Part shown: positions 11,612-21,790 of the stretch, in pieces
Layout of the letters: every line of letters starts with the position of its first letter
How positions within the stretch are numbered: position 1 is the first letter of the stretch
Assembly (NCBI GenBank): GCA_025594325.1
Contig: JANHCV010000004.1
Coordinates: 2,294,001 to 2,358,000 of the forward strand
DNA: 64,000 nt
Reading direction: 5' to 3'
Origin: Blastocladiella emersonii ATCC 22665
Lineage: Eukaryota > Fungi > Blastocladiomycota
The notes under the pieces: model-generated
Databases searched by the model: none
Told to the model about the DNA's origin: nothing
What the model saw: only the letters and a program-made list of their open reading frames with translations
Program-made: the position numbers and the translations under genes

Positions 11612-13059
11612 ATGACAAGCGCAGCGACCGACTCGCCGCCGTCGTCGGCGTCGGCCGCCATCCCCGTCGTCCGGTCGCGCAAGCCGGTGCCCATGGCCAA
11701 GTGCGCGTGCGACAACTGCGGCCAGCTCATGGAGTTTGAGCCGCCGGGGCCCGACCACCCGGACATTGCATCGGCCTGGGCCGCCGTCAAGGAGCGCGGC
11801 ACGCTCGGCGTCGAGTGCTGGAGCTGCAAGGCCATCTCGGACGTGGACCTGTCGGGCAACAGCAAGCGTGGCGCGTCTGCCTCGGCCAACGGCGGTTCGA
11901 AGTCGCGCTCAGCCGGCGGCTCGGGCCCGTCGTGGGGCAAGCGCGGCAGCGGTACGGCCCCATTCGCTCGCTCGTGCGCACATCCCGCGAGTCTGACCCC
12001 GACCCGCGTCCAGACGAGAACCCCGTGTCGACCGAGTACTACGACATTCTCGGGGTGCCACCCAACGCGTCGGCGGGGCAGATCAAGAAGGCGTACTACG
12101 CGCTGGCCATGAAGTTCCACCCCGACAAGAACGACGGCGACTCGGCGGCCGAGGAGCGGTTCAAGGGCATCTCCGAGGCGTACCAGGTGCTGTCGGACCC
12201 GGCGCTGCGCAAGCAGTACAACGAGTACGGCAAGCAGCAGGGCCCCGAGGGCGGCTTCGTCGACCCGTCCGAGTTCTTCAAGCAGCAGTTTGGCGGCGAC
12301 CGCTTCGTCGACATCATTGGCGAGATCTCGATCGCGTCCGAGTTTGCCCAGGCCATGTCGACCGAGGACGACCCGAACCTGACCCCCGAGGAGCGCGAGA
12401 AAAAGGACCGGGCCGCGTCCGAGGAGCGCGCGCGCGCCCGCGAGGCGCGCATCACCAAGCTCGTCAACAACCTCGTCAACAAGCTCAGCATCCTGACCGA
12501 GACGGACATGGACGACCGCGCGACCAAGGCGTTTGCCCAGATCATCCGCGAGGAGGCCGAGGAGCTCAAGATGGAGAACTACGGCGTCGAGCTCCTGCAC
12601 GCCGCGGGCTACACGTACACGCTCAAGGCCAAGCAGTACCTCGGGTCGTCGATCGGGTCGTACTGGCACTCGGTCGTCGAAAAGTCGTACGTCGTGTCCG
12701 AGACCGTGTCCACGTTCAAGTCGGCCATCGAGCTGCAGAAATCCTTTTCGCAGCTGTCCGAGGCCGACAAGAAGGGCAAGCTCACGGACGAGGAGCGCGC
12801 CAAGCTCGAGGAGGCGGCCGCGATGCGCGGGCTCGAGGCGCTGTGGAAGGGGTCCAAGCTCGAGGTGCAGTCGGTCCTCCGCGAGGTGTGCGACCGCGTC
12901 CTCGGCGACAAGTCGCTCCCCAAGGAGAAGACGCGCCGCCGCGCCGTCGCCCTCAAGATCGTCGGCCAGGCGTACATGGACGTCAAGGCCGAGCCCACGT
13001 CGCCCCTCCACGCCGCCGCCGCCGCGGCCGCCGCTGCCTCGGGCGGCGCCAAGGCGTAA
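11612..13059 (+). CDS. DJP1: DnaJ / DnaJ-X co-chaperone (Djp1/Caj1 type) with N-terminal CxxC...CxxC extension (2 exons)
   Basis: J domain (EYYDILGV...KFHPDKN...[13 protein letters not shown]) followed by a DnaJ-X region ([15 protein letters not shown]; [14 protein letters not shown]). Intron 11952-12013 joins the N-terminal exon in frame. Assignment to Djp1 rather than Caj1 is uncertain. Confidence 0.85.
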
Positions 13060-13476
13060 CTGCCTCGCTTGTTTTTGACCTTCTTGTACCCTCTCCTAGC
13101 TGCCGTGATACACTGTAAATGACTCTTCCTCGTGGCCACTGTCCGAGATCGGCCTGCTGCGGCGCGGTGGGGGACACGCGCCGTTGCTTGTTCACGGCGA
13201 CGTCTACGCCGGCCACGACCCCTCTCTCCAGGAAGAAGCAGACGGCGCGCTTGATCCTCGATCCGGCATCCCTGCCGACGACGACGGGTCCCTTGTGTCG
13301 TTTCACGGGCCGGATGCCGGTGGAGGTGGCGTAGTGGCTGAGGCGGGTCGCAGAGGAACAGAGGAACCCCTCGTTGGTTCATCGCCGGCGTCGCCTTCTC
13401 CCCTCCCCTCTCGCCTTCAGTCAACGCCCTCTCTTCCATGAATCTCTTTGAGTGAGTGTGATCAAACTACTGCAAG

Positions 13477-15351
13477 ATGGTCGCCCTGCCCTACCCTCCA
13501 TGGCCGGCGCCACCGTCCGCCGCCGAGGTCCCTGCGCGGCGGCGGCGACTCGGCAAGCGGCAGCTCGCGATCGACATTCCCGGCAACGGGGACGCCGAGC
13601 CCGCGGCCGAGCTACAGCCCGCCGCCGGCGCCGTGCAGGACGTTCCGCGGCCGCCGACCCCGACGTCGTCTACGTCGACAGCTACGAGCCGGCGCCCGCA
13701 GCCGACCCCATCGTCGCCCGTGTCCTCTCGACCTGGCTCGCCGACCGCGACGACTGCTCGCCCGCCCATCGCCGCCACGACCGTGACCAAAGCCGTCGCC
13801 GCGACCGGCACCCCCGTCCCGCCCGTCCCCATCGACGCGATGCCAACGCCAACCCCCGCGCTCGCGTCGCGCCCCGAGCCGACGAACCCGTTCGCGTTCC
13901 GCCTCGACGACGCCGGCGTCATCCTGGCGCTCGCGCTCGCTGCCGCGATCCTCGGCACCGTCGCTGCGATCGCCGGGTACCACCACTACCGCAGCACGAA
14001 GCGGCGTGCCGCTGCCGGCAGCAAGCCGGCGACGCCCGGGTTCCCGCTCGCGCCCGCGCACACGTGGTCGGGACCGCGAGCTGACAGCGCGCCGCGGTCG
14101 CCGATTGACGACGAGGATGGTGATGACGGGGACGACGTAAGCGGGATCTGGGAGCGCGACGTCAAGCGCGCAGTGGGCGGCCCGCCGCCGCCGAGTCTGA
14201 CGAGCGAAAAGGCCGTGGCAGCGGCGGCTGGGACGCTGGCGTTCCGCCCGCCGCTACCCCCACCGCCGTCCCTCGCGCCCGCGCCCGCGGCGTCGCGATG
14301 GCACTCGGCCACGACCAAGCTGAGGCACCTGCTCCGCGCCGCGCCACCGCCGCCTTCCCCGCCCGGTCTCACGCCGACCGTTCCCCGTGGAGGCGGGATG
14401 GCCACGCACAAGCGCGCAGGCACCCTCCCGCCGCCCCTCCGCCTCGCCGCACTCCACGCGTCGTCGTCGACGCGCGCGCGGCCAGACTCGCTCGGCTCGG
14501 ACACGAGCATCGCCGCGGGCGGCGCTGGTGGTGACCACCGCCGCGACACCATCGAGTCGGTGCAGTGGGCGCCCGCGCCCGCGAGTCCCGGCGCGCGCGG
14601 GTACTCGATTTTCTCGTCCGTCTCGTCGGGGCTCGGCATGCACGCAGCGCCCGGCCCGCTCACCGTGCGCAACGCGTCGTCGTGGATCACGGATACCACG
14701 GGGTCGGAGCCCGGGTCGCCTACCACCGAGACGCCCGGTGGGATGCCGCCGTGGGCCGCCGGGCGCGCGTCGTGGCGGTCAAGCTCGGCGAGCAGTGGCG
14801 ACGGCGAGGTTCCGCAGCCGGGGGCGGCGATTGGCGGTAGCAGGCTCGCGTGGTCCGTCATGGTCCCGCACACAGACGAGTCGGAGCTCACGGACGGCGA
14901 GGACGACGGCGACGATGATCGGGCGCCGCCCGCGTACTCGCCCACGGAAATGAGCGACGGTGACAGCGAGATCCCCGTCATCGACGCGCTCGTCGCCGAC
15001 CACCGGTCCACGTCCGTGGTTTCGGATCTCGAGGACGGGTTCGTGGACATCGGCGCGTCCGACGCCGCCGGCGTGCTACCGAGCGCCGCCGAGGCCGAAC
15101 TCGCTTCGTTGGACGACGACGGCAGCGAGTTTGAGCAGGTCAACGCGCCCACGCCGTCGCCGCCGCCGCTATCCGCGCGCGGCCGGTGGGACCTCGTCCC
15201 GCGCTCGCCGTCTGCGCCGCGGCGCGGGGACTCGGATTCGGACGACGATGGCGACGCGTCCGTGGTCGCGGAACCGCGCCGGTCGATCGCGCAGAGCACG
15301 CTGGACATGTACGGCGGCGGCGTGTTCCAGCGCCAGCACCAGAGCAAGTAG
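13477..15351 (+). CDS. Hypothetical single-pass membrane protein, Pro/Ser/Thr-rich ectodomain and acidic disordered tail
   Basis: 624-aa ORF with one clear TM helix (GVILALALAAAILGTVAAIAGY) followed by a basic stop-transfer motif (RSTKRR). The true start may be upstream. Confidence 0.7.
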   Translation: MVALPYPPWPAPPSAAEVPARRRRLGKRQLAIDIPGNGDAEPAAELQPAAGAVQDVPRPPTPTSSTSTATSRRPQPTPSSPVSSRPGSPTATTARPPIAATTVTKAVAATGTPVPPVPIDAMPTPTPALASRPEPTNPFAFRLDDAGVILALALAAAILGTVAAIAGYHHYRSTKRRAAAGSKPATPGFPLAPAHTWSGPRADSAPRSPIDDEDGDDGDDVSGIWERDVKRAVGGPPPPSLTSEKAVAAAAGTLAFRPPLPPPPSLAPAPAASRWHSATTKLRHLLRAAPPPPSPPGLTPTVPRGGGMATHKRAGTLPPPLRLAALHASSSTRARPDSLGSDTSIAAGGAGGDHRRDTIESVQWAPAPASPGARGYSIFSSVSSGLGMHAAPGPLTVRNASSWITDTTGSEPGSPTTETPGGMPPWAAGRASWRSSSASSGDGEVPQPGAAIGGSRLAWSVMVPHTDESELTDGEDDGDDDRAPPAYSPTEMSDGDSEIPVIDALVADHRSTSVVSDLEDGFVDIGASDAAGVLPSAAEAELASLDDDGSEFEQVNAPTPSPPPLSARGRWDLVPRSPSAPRRGDSDSDDDGDASVVAEPRRSIAQSTLDMYGGGVFQRQHQSK

Positions 15352-15420
15352 TAAAGAAGTAGATCAAGAGCCACATGTCCATATCACCAACCAACATATA
15401 TCCATCCATTCATTCACACG

Positions 15421-18400
15421 CTACGCGGGACTCGGCACCTTGCGCCGCACGAGGGCCTCGACGGTACACCACCACAGCGACGAGGCAGCGCGCTTCTCGA
15501 CGACGATCAGGAGCCGCTTCGCGAGCTCGGCGTACTCTGCGCGTGAGACGCGGGTAACGGGAATCCGCGCCGTGACCATGGCGTGCCACGCCGTGTGCAC
15601 GTCGTTGGAGACGACGAGGACCGACGCGAGCAGGGCCACGAGCACGGGGAACTTGAGCGCGGCGCCGTCGACCGCGTCGTCCTCGCCCGGCACCATGGCG
15701 TACAGCGCCGTGTACGCGCGGTCCATGATCTCCTGCGGCACGTTGCGCGCCTGCGCCAGCAGCTCCGCCAGGGAGTCGCCGAACGTCAGGTAGAACGCCG
15801 GGCCCGCACCCACTTCCGCCAGGACCTGCAGCAGGTACGGGTTCGGGAAGTCGTACTTGGTCGCGACGGCCGGCGCGTCGCCGCCACCATGCGCGTGTCC
15901 GTGGCCCGCCGCGGGCGCCGTCGAGACGCCGTGCAGCCGCAGCCGGTCAAACACGCACTGCATGAGGGCCGGGTCCTCGGTGAGGTCGAGCCGCATGGCG
16001 CGCGCGACCGCGGGGAGCGCCTGCGCGAGGTGCTCGAGCCGGAGGTGCGCCTTGGTGAGCGCGGTGCGCAGCGTGTTCTGCGCTGCGGGCAGCTTCGACG
16101 CCGCCGCGGACGCCGACCCGGACTTGGTCGGGCTCTCGAGCACCTGGTGCAGCGGGATCGGCGGGTACAGCGCGGCGTGCGTGAACTGGGCCGGGTCGAG
16201 GCCGAGCGCCGTGACCTGCGGCGCCAGCTCGTGCTCGGGCCGCCGCAGCGCAATCGCCGCCGCCAGGGTCTCGGTCGCCTCGCGCTTCTTGGTCAGCCGA
16301 TCGATTTCGCGGAAGAAGGTCGGAACCAGGGTGCCGAGCAGGCCCGCCGAGTGCGCCGGGTCGAGCGCGGGGAACCCGCTTGCGCCGCCGAACGACATGC
16401 GCTCGCCCGCGGTGCGCCGCGCGGCGGCGGCGGGCGCCGACCCGAACGCGACGAGCAGCTGGACCATGCCGTGCGCGAACCCCGCGTCCGGGTGCGCGCA
16501 CAGGACCAGCATGTCGCCGACGCTCTTGGGCGACGGGCTCAGGGGCACGCCGAGGGTCACGGGCGCCGCGGACACGAGCCGCTGGTACCAGTCGAGGAAC
16601 GCGGCCGCGACCGGTGGGTGCACCACGTGGAACAGCTTGTTGAGCAGTGCCTCCTTGACGGCGTCGCTCGTCAGCAGCAGCGCGGCGCCGCGCGCTACGG
16701 GGTCCACGGCCGGCGAGGATGGCGCGGTCGGCGCTGCCGGGTCCCCGCGCGTCCACGCGAGCCAGTCTTCGGCGAGGTACCACGCCGCGGGCTCGACGGT
16801 TGCCGCGGACGCCGCAGCCACGTGCGACGCACTGACCTTGTCGGCACCGCTCCGCCCGAACAGCCCGAGCGTCACGGGCGCCGCAGCCACGGCGGGGAAC
16901 TCGAGCGGCAGCCCCATGAGCGTATTGCACAGCTGGGTGACCTGGACCGCGTCAAAGTGGACGATCGTGAGCGCCGCGGCCGGCGCGCGCAGCGTGTCGC
17001 CAAACACGGAGAGGACCACGGCCATGAGCTCCGACGCGCGATACGGCGCCGACAGGACCGCGCTCAGGATCGTGTCGGCGGCGAGCTCCGAGGTCGGGAC
17101 CCCGGCGCGCATCGCGCGGAGCGCCATGGCGACCTGCGCCGCGGCAACGCGCGCCTGCAGCTGCGCGAGCGCGGGCGTCTGCGTCAGGTCAATCGCGAGC
17201 AGCGCCGCGACGACGCGCGGGTCCACGGGCTGGTGCGTCCACCGGTACGTCCACTCGTCGATGAGCGGCGAGACTGTCGCGGGCGGCAGCGCGGCGTCGG
17301 CGGCGTCAGCGGATGGAGCGGCGTTGGCGGCGACGGCCGAGAGTAGCGCCTGGCGGACCAGGTTGTTCGGGTCGCGCAGCTCGGCGACGAACTGCATCGA
17401 CAGCTCCCAGTTCTCGAGAAAGTGGCGGAACAGCACCGCGACGCGCTCGCGGTGGTCGGCCGCAGCCGGGTCTGGGCGCGAGCGCTTCTTGCTCCCCGGC
17501 TCCCCGGCTCCTGCTGCTGCGGCGGGGCACGAGAGAAGATCAAAGATCGGGATCAGGAAGTGGTGCAGCCACGTCTTGGACGACGACAGCGACACGGCGC
17601 CCTGCGCGGCGGGTCCCTCGGCGGTGCCCGCGAGCGCCAGCATCAGGCTGATCACGTCGCCCGACGTGTGGAGCGGCAGCAAGACCTCCTCGAACAGCGG
17701 GCGCGGCGGCGCCTGCGACACGGGCAGGGCAAAGTAGCGCGCGAGGACGGTCAGGATGCGCTTGTGCCCGGTCATGGCCGCGACGGTGAGCCGGCGGAAC
17801 AGGATGCGGACCGTCGGGACGAGCAGCGGCGGGTGCGACAGCCGCGGGCACGCCGAGAGCACCGTGATTACGTCCCCGGCGCGGGCCGGGACCGCCGTGG
17901 TCCACGCGACGAGCGCGTCGAAGAAGAGCGCGGCGAGCGACGGCGCGGCGCGCGAGAGCATCTGGTCGCGGAGCCGCCGCAGGACCGGGTGCCGCAGGAC
18001 GTGCCGGAACACGCACACGAGCGCGGCGGCGGTTTCGCCGCGGTACGCGTGGCCGAGGACCGGGTCGGCGAGGTCCGGGACGGGCCCGATCTCGGCATTC
18101 TCGTTGCGCCCGCCGCGCCGCTGCCGCTTCGCCTCGGGCTGACGCACCACCGCGTCGTCCATGTTCATGCGCTGCTGGACGGCCACGAGCTCGTCGGCGA
18201 ACAGGCTGCGCAGCCGCGAGTTGACCTGCGGGTTGACGACGTCGACGAGCCCGCGCAGCGGCCACACATCCGGGTCGGCGTACGCCAGGTGCGCGGCGAC
18301 GAGCTCGGCGAGCGTGCGGACCACGACCGCCGCGCCCGTGTGCTCGTGCACAATGTCCAGGTCGGTCGCTCGGTACCGCAGCATCGCCGACGGCGCGATC

Positions 18401-18861
18401 CGCGAGATGGGCGGGTCGGTGCCGCGGCTGAGCGCCCAGGTGACGCAGATCAGGTCGAACGCCTTGACCCCGTGCCGGAGGTCCCCCAGCGCGTTGCCGG
18501 CGACGCTGCGCATCACGGTGGCATCGGGCGCTGCCGCTGCCACAGGGGCGCGGCCGGCGGCGGGCAGCGGGTGCAGCGTCCGCCACATGTCGGCGAGCCA
18601 CGCGCGGAACCCGGCCTGGTACGTGTCGGTGTTGGGGGCCCCGGACCCGTTCAGGTACGTGCTGCGCAGCAGGCGCGCCTCGTTGGTGCCGTACTGCAGA
18701 AGCACCGGCGTCATGAGGTTGTCGAGCGGGCTCGCCCACTCGCCGACGTGGCTCTGCGTCAGCAGCGCGAAGGTCATCACCATGGAGTCGAGCGTTGGCT
18801 CGGCCGACGTTGCACTGGGTTCGGCCGGTGGCGGTTCATTCTTTGCATCGGGTTGGTTCAT
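15421..18861 (-). CDS. Large hypothetical alpha-helical protein (~1146 aa), probably nuclear
   Basis: Long uninterrupted ORF with typical codon usage. Likely start MNQPDAK at 18861. NLS-like motifs PEAKRQRR and SKKRSRP. No family recognised. Confidence 0.75.
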   Translation of the reverse strand: MNQPDAKNEPPPAEPSATSAEPTLDSMVMTFALLTQSHVGEWASPLDNLMTPVLLQYGTNEARLLRSTYLNGSGAPNTDTYQAGFRAWLADMWRTLHPLPAAGRAPVAAAAPDATVMRSVAGNALGDLRHGVKAFDLICVTWALSRGTDPPISRIAPSAMLRYRATDLDIVHEHTGAAVVVRTLAELVAAHLAYADPDVWPLRGLVDVVNPQVNSRLRSLFADELVAVQQRMNMDDAVVRQPEAKRQRRGGRNENAEIGPVPDLADPVLGHAYRGETAAALVCVFRHVLRHPVLRRLRDQMLSRAAPSLAALFFDALVAWTTAVPARAGDVITVLSACPRLSHPPLLVPTVRILFRRLTVAAMTGHKRILTVLARYFALPVSQAPPRPLFEEVLLPLHTSGDVISLMLALAGTAEGPAAQGAVSLSSSKTWLHHFLIPIFDLLSCPAAAAGAGEPGSKKRSRPDPAAADHRERVAVLFRHFLENWELSMQFVAELRDPNNLVRQALLSAVAANAAPSADAADAALPPATVSPLIDEWTYRWTHQPVDPRVVAALLAIDLTQTPALAQLQARVAAAQVAMALRAMRAGVPTSELAADTILSAVLSAPYRASELMAVVLSVFGDTLRAPAAALTIVHFDAVQVTQLCNTLMGLPLEFPAVAAAPVTLGLFGRSGADKVSASHVAAASAATVEPAAWYLAEDWLAWTRGDPAAPTAPSSPAVDPVARGAALLLTSDAVKEALLNKLFHVVHPPVAAAFLDWYQRLVSAAPVTLGVPLSPSPKSVGDMLVLCAHPDAGFAHGMVQLLVAFGSAPAAAARRTAGERMSFGGASGFPALDPAHSAGLLGTLVPTFFREIDRLTKKREATETLAAAIALRRPEHELAPQVTALGLDPAQFTHAALYPPIPLHQVLESPTKSGSASAAASKLPAAQNTLRTALTKAHLRLEHLAQALPAVARAMRLDLTEDPALMQCVFDRLRLHGVSTAPAAGHGHAHGGGDAPAVATKYDFPNPYLLQVLAEVGAGPAFYLTFGDSLAELLAQARNVPQEIMDRAYTALYAMVPGEDDAVDGAALKFPVLVALLASVLVVSNDVHTAWHAMVTARIPVTRVSRAEYAELAKRLLIVVEKRAASSLWWCTVEALVRRKVPSPA

Positions 18862-18980
18862 GGTTCGCGGTCGAGTGTGGGAGCGCGGTCGCTGATCAGG
18901 TCGGCGCGACCATCTGGTCTCCGCTTCCCCGCCTTTGTCAGTGCAAGTGTGACTATGTATCAATAGGAAAGGCTAACAAG

Positions 18981-20299
18981 CTAGTAGACGAGAGCAGCAA
19001 GGGGCTGGACCCACGGCTGCGCCATGGCGGCGACCTCGGGCAGCATCACGGCGAGCGGGCGGGCGGCGAGGGCGAGGTACGAGACGACCTCGATGATCTG
19101 GTTGGTTGCGCCGAGCGCGTCGCCGACGACGCCGCCGAGGATGTCGACAATGTAACGGCCGGCGTACATGGTGGCGACGGACGCGAGGACCCACACGAGC
19201 GCGAGGTGGTACACGGACGCGCGCAGGACGACCCAGGTGAAGACGAACGCCGACGCCGACCCGGCCAGCAGCCGCGCGCGCGACACGGAGAGCACAAAGT
19301 GCTTGCCGGGCGCCGACTCGGTCGGGTCCTCGAGGTACTTGTGCGCGAACAGCAGGTACACGCACGCCCACCGACCCATGACGTGCCCGACGACCAGCAC
19401 CAGCGGCGACCACGCCGCCGACTCGCCGATCAGGTGCGCCCAGCCCTGCGCTGCCGCGGCACCGGGCACCAGCAGCATGAGCAGGCCCGACAGCTTGGAC
19501 AGGACCACGAGCAGCAGGCCGATGCACCCGTACGTCCCGATGCGCGAGTCGCGCATGATCCGCAGGATCTCGCTGCGGCCCCAGCCGCCACCAAACGCTA
19601 CGAGGAATCAGGATGGTGTTAGTGTCGCGTCGTTGAAGCTTGGCCGTGGACGCGCACGGGTCTGTTGTGCCTCGCACTCCGCAGTTGGTGGTACATACCG
19701 TCAAAGCAGTCGGCCACGCCGTCCTCGTGGAACGCCCCCGTGAGCCACACCGTGGCAAGTGTCGAGAAGAGAACGCCGAGCGCGGGGTGCCAGATGAAGC
19801 TGGTGACGGCGAAGGTCGCGGCTCCAAACAGCCCGACGATGACGCCGATGAACGGGAAGTACACGGTGCTCTGCGAGATCCAGTACAGATTGTGGTCGAC
19901 CTACGAGGAGACGCGAACGCGGTGTCAGTTGAGGAAGCGAGGTCAACGGACCGCAACGTTGGGGACGACGCGGATCGCCGTGTGACGCCGCCGCAGCCCA
20001 TCGAGCAAGAGCAGAAGTGTGCGTACCCAGTGCGGGCACGGCAGCCGGGTGAAGAACATGAGGCCCGTGAGGAACGCCTGGTACTCGTTCATGAGGAACG
20101 ACTGCTTGGCGACCACGTCGGGGATGTCGCGCGGCAGGAACCGATTGAGGTCGCCACGGCCGCTCGCAGCCACAGCAGCGGGCTGGTACTCGGACTCGAT
20201 GGCGGCGGGCGCAACCTGAGGCACGTCGTTGACGGGCGACAGCTCCCGCGTCGCGGCGGCGGCGGCAGCGCGCTTGCTCGCCTTGGTCTTGCGCGCCAT
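18981..20299 (-). CDS. cobS: Cobalamin (5'-phosphate) synthase, adenosylcobinamide-GDP ribazoletransferase (3 exons, 363 aa)
   Basis: Exons 20027-20299, 19699-19900 and 18981-19597 (1092 nt, in frame) give the CobS motifs LMFFTRLP, YFPFIG, TGAFHEDGVADCFD, FGGGW...IMRDSRIGTYG and LGGVVGDALGATNQIIE. Introns are canonical GT-AG (19901-20026, 19598-19698). Confidence 0.93.
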
Positions 20300-20497
20300 C
20301 GTTTCTATAGTATGCAAGAAGTTGCGCGCCTCACCGGGTCGCGCGGATCTAAAATGCTACGTTGCAGTTTGGGTTCTCGGGAGAGTGAGCCGAGCGCGAG
20401 CGGTCGCGTCGTTTACGCCTGCGCCTCGCGCCCACCCGGTCGGCCGGAAGAACTCGGCGAGCTCTCTCACGTCATGCATGCAGAAACGGGTTTTGGA

Positions 20498-21576
20498 TTA
20501 CATTCGAGAGTAGGTGCCGCGGACGAAAAAGTCGTCGCTCTTGCCCGGCTGCGTCGGGTCGCGGGGCTCGGTCTTGGTCTTGGCGTAGATGGACGCGATG
20601 GCCTCGGACTTGCGCGTGGACCCGGCCGCGGGCAGTGCGGGCATCGACACGTTGATGGTGGGCGCGGCGCGGTGCTGGCGTTTCGGAGCGGACTCGTCGG
20701 CTCCGTCGAGTGCTTCGTCGGCCTTGCGCTTGGACCGCTTCTCCTTGTCCTTGCCACCACTGCTGCTGCCCTTCTTCTTCGATTTGCTCTTTTTCTCGGC
20801 AGCCGCCGCGGCGGCGCGGGCGGCGAGGCGCTCCTTGAGCGCGGGCAGCTCGTTGGCGGTCGGGTTGAGCGGGATCACGTCGGCGACTGGGTCGTACGCG
20901 GTCGCGCACATGAGGCACTCGGCCGTCGCCGAGCTCGCGGCCGCGCCGTCGGTGCTGCTGGCCTTGTCCTCGGACGACGCCTTGGACCCGGCCTCGCGCA
21001 GCGCCTTCTCGGAGAGCACGTGCCCGCACGGCCACAGCGCGACGAACCGGGTGCGGCCGTTCATGGGGCGGCCCGAGATCGGGCACGCGAACATGGGCTG
21101 CGCCGACTCCATCATGCTGAGCTTGGCGCCCGCCGACGCGGCACTGCTGCCGTCCTTGTCGATGGGCTCGAGCTTGAGCGCCACCACGTCCTTGAGCGAG
21201 CGGATGTGCGCACACACGTGGGCAGCGTCGCCAAACGAGGACGCGTCGAGCAGGTAGTGCAGGACGGCCTCGCGGTTGTACAGCTTGCCGAGGCCGCACG
21301 TCACGACGGGCTCCTGCAGCGGTTCCTGTAATGGGACGAGCTCGCGTCAGTTGGGCTTGAAGCGGCGACGAGGGTCTAAACAATGGTACTTTGGACACGG
21401 CGCAGAAGAACCAGCACACGGTCGCGAGAATGGACGGATCCATGCGGGTCTCGCGGCCCTTGGTCTTGACCATCTCATCGCGGCGCGGGATGCTGCCTCC
21501 GTCGGCTCCCTGTGCGTTCGGAATCAGTCCATGGGTCGGTTGCATCAAGTCATTGCAGATTCATGAGACTCACCAT
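20498..21576 (-). CDS. RTF2: Replication termination factor 2 (Rtf2 RING-like; 3 exons, first exon is the ATG only)
   Basis: M|GADGGSIPRRDEMVK, CGLGKLYNREAVL, HIRSLKDVV, FACPISGRPMNG, CGHV...CLMC. ATG at 21574-21576 followed by a GTGAGT intron (21510-21573). Confidence 0.92.
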
Positions 21577-21790
21577 GGTGATAATCGGGCTGTGACGGAG
21601 AGCGGACCGGCGAGCTGCGACGCGGCGGAAAAGGGCGACCTGCGTCATCTGATGCGACGTGGCCCGCCGCGAGACGTGAAACGCGACGCGTCGCGCAATC
21701 GAGGGCGCGCCGAACATGCATCGGGAGGGCACCGGCTCTCTCCGAGGTTCGCCTTTGATACCCCGTGCAGAGGAGCACACGCAGTCAGTC

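Noticed and set aside
11482-13011. Long antisense and alternate-frame ORFs (also 5976-7181, 6047-7465, 15583-17346, 22627-23859, 51660-53198, 52798-54429)
   Set aside because: They shadow well-supported genes. Strong G/C third-position bias suppresses stops in other frames, and the translations are Arg/Gly/Ala-rich with no motifs.
18981-20299. cobS as bacterial contamination
   Set aside because: It has two canonical spliceosomal introns that restore the frame, codon usage like its neighbours, and continuous fungal flanks.
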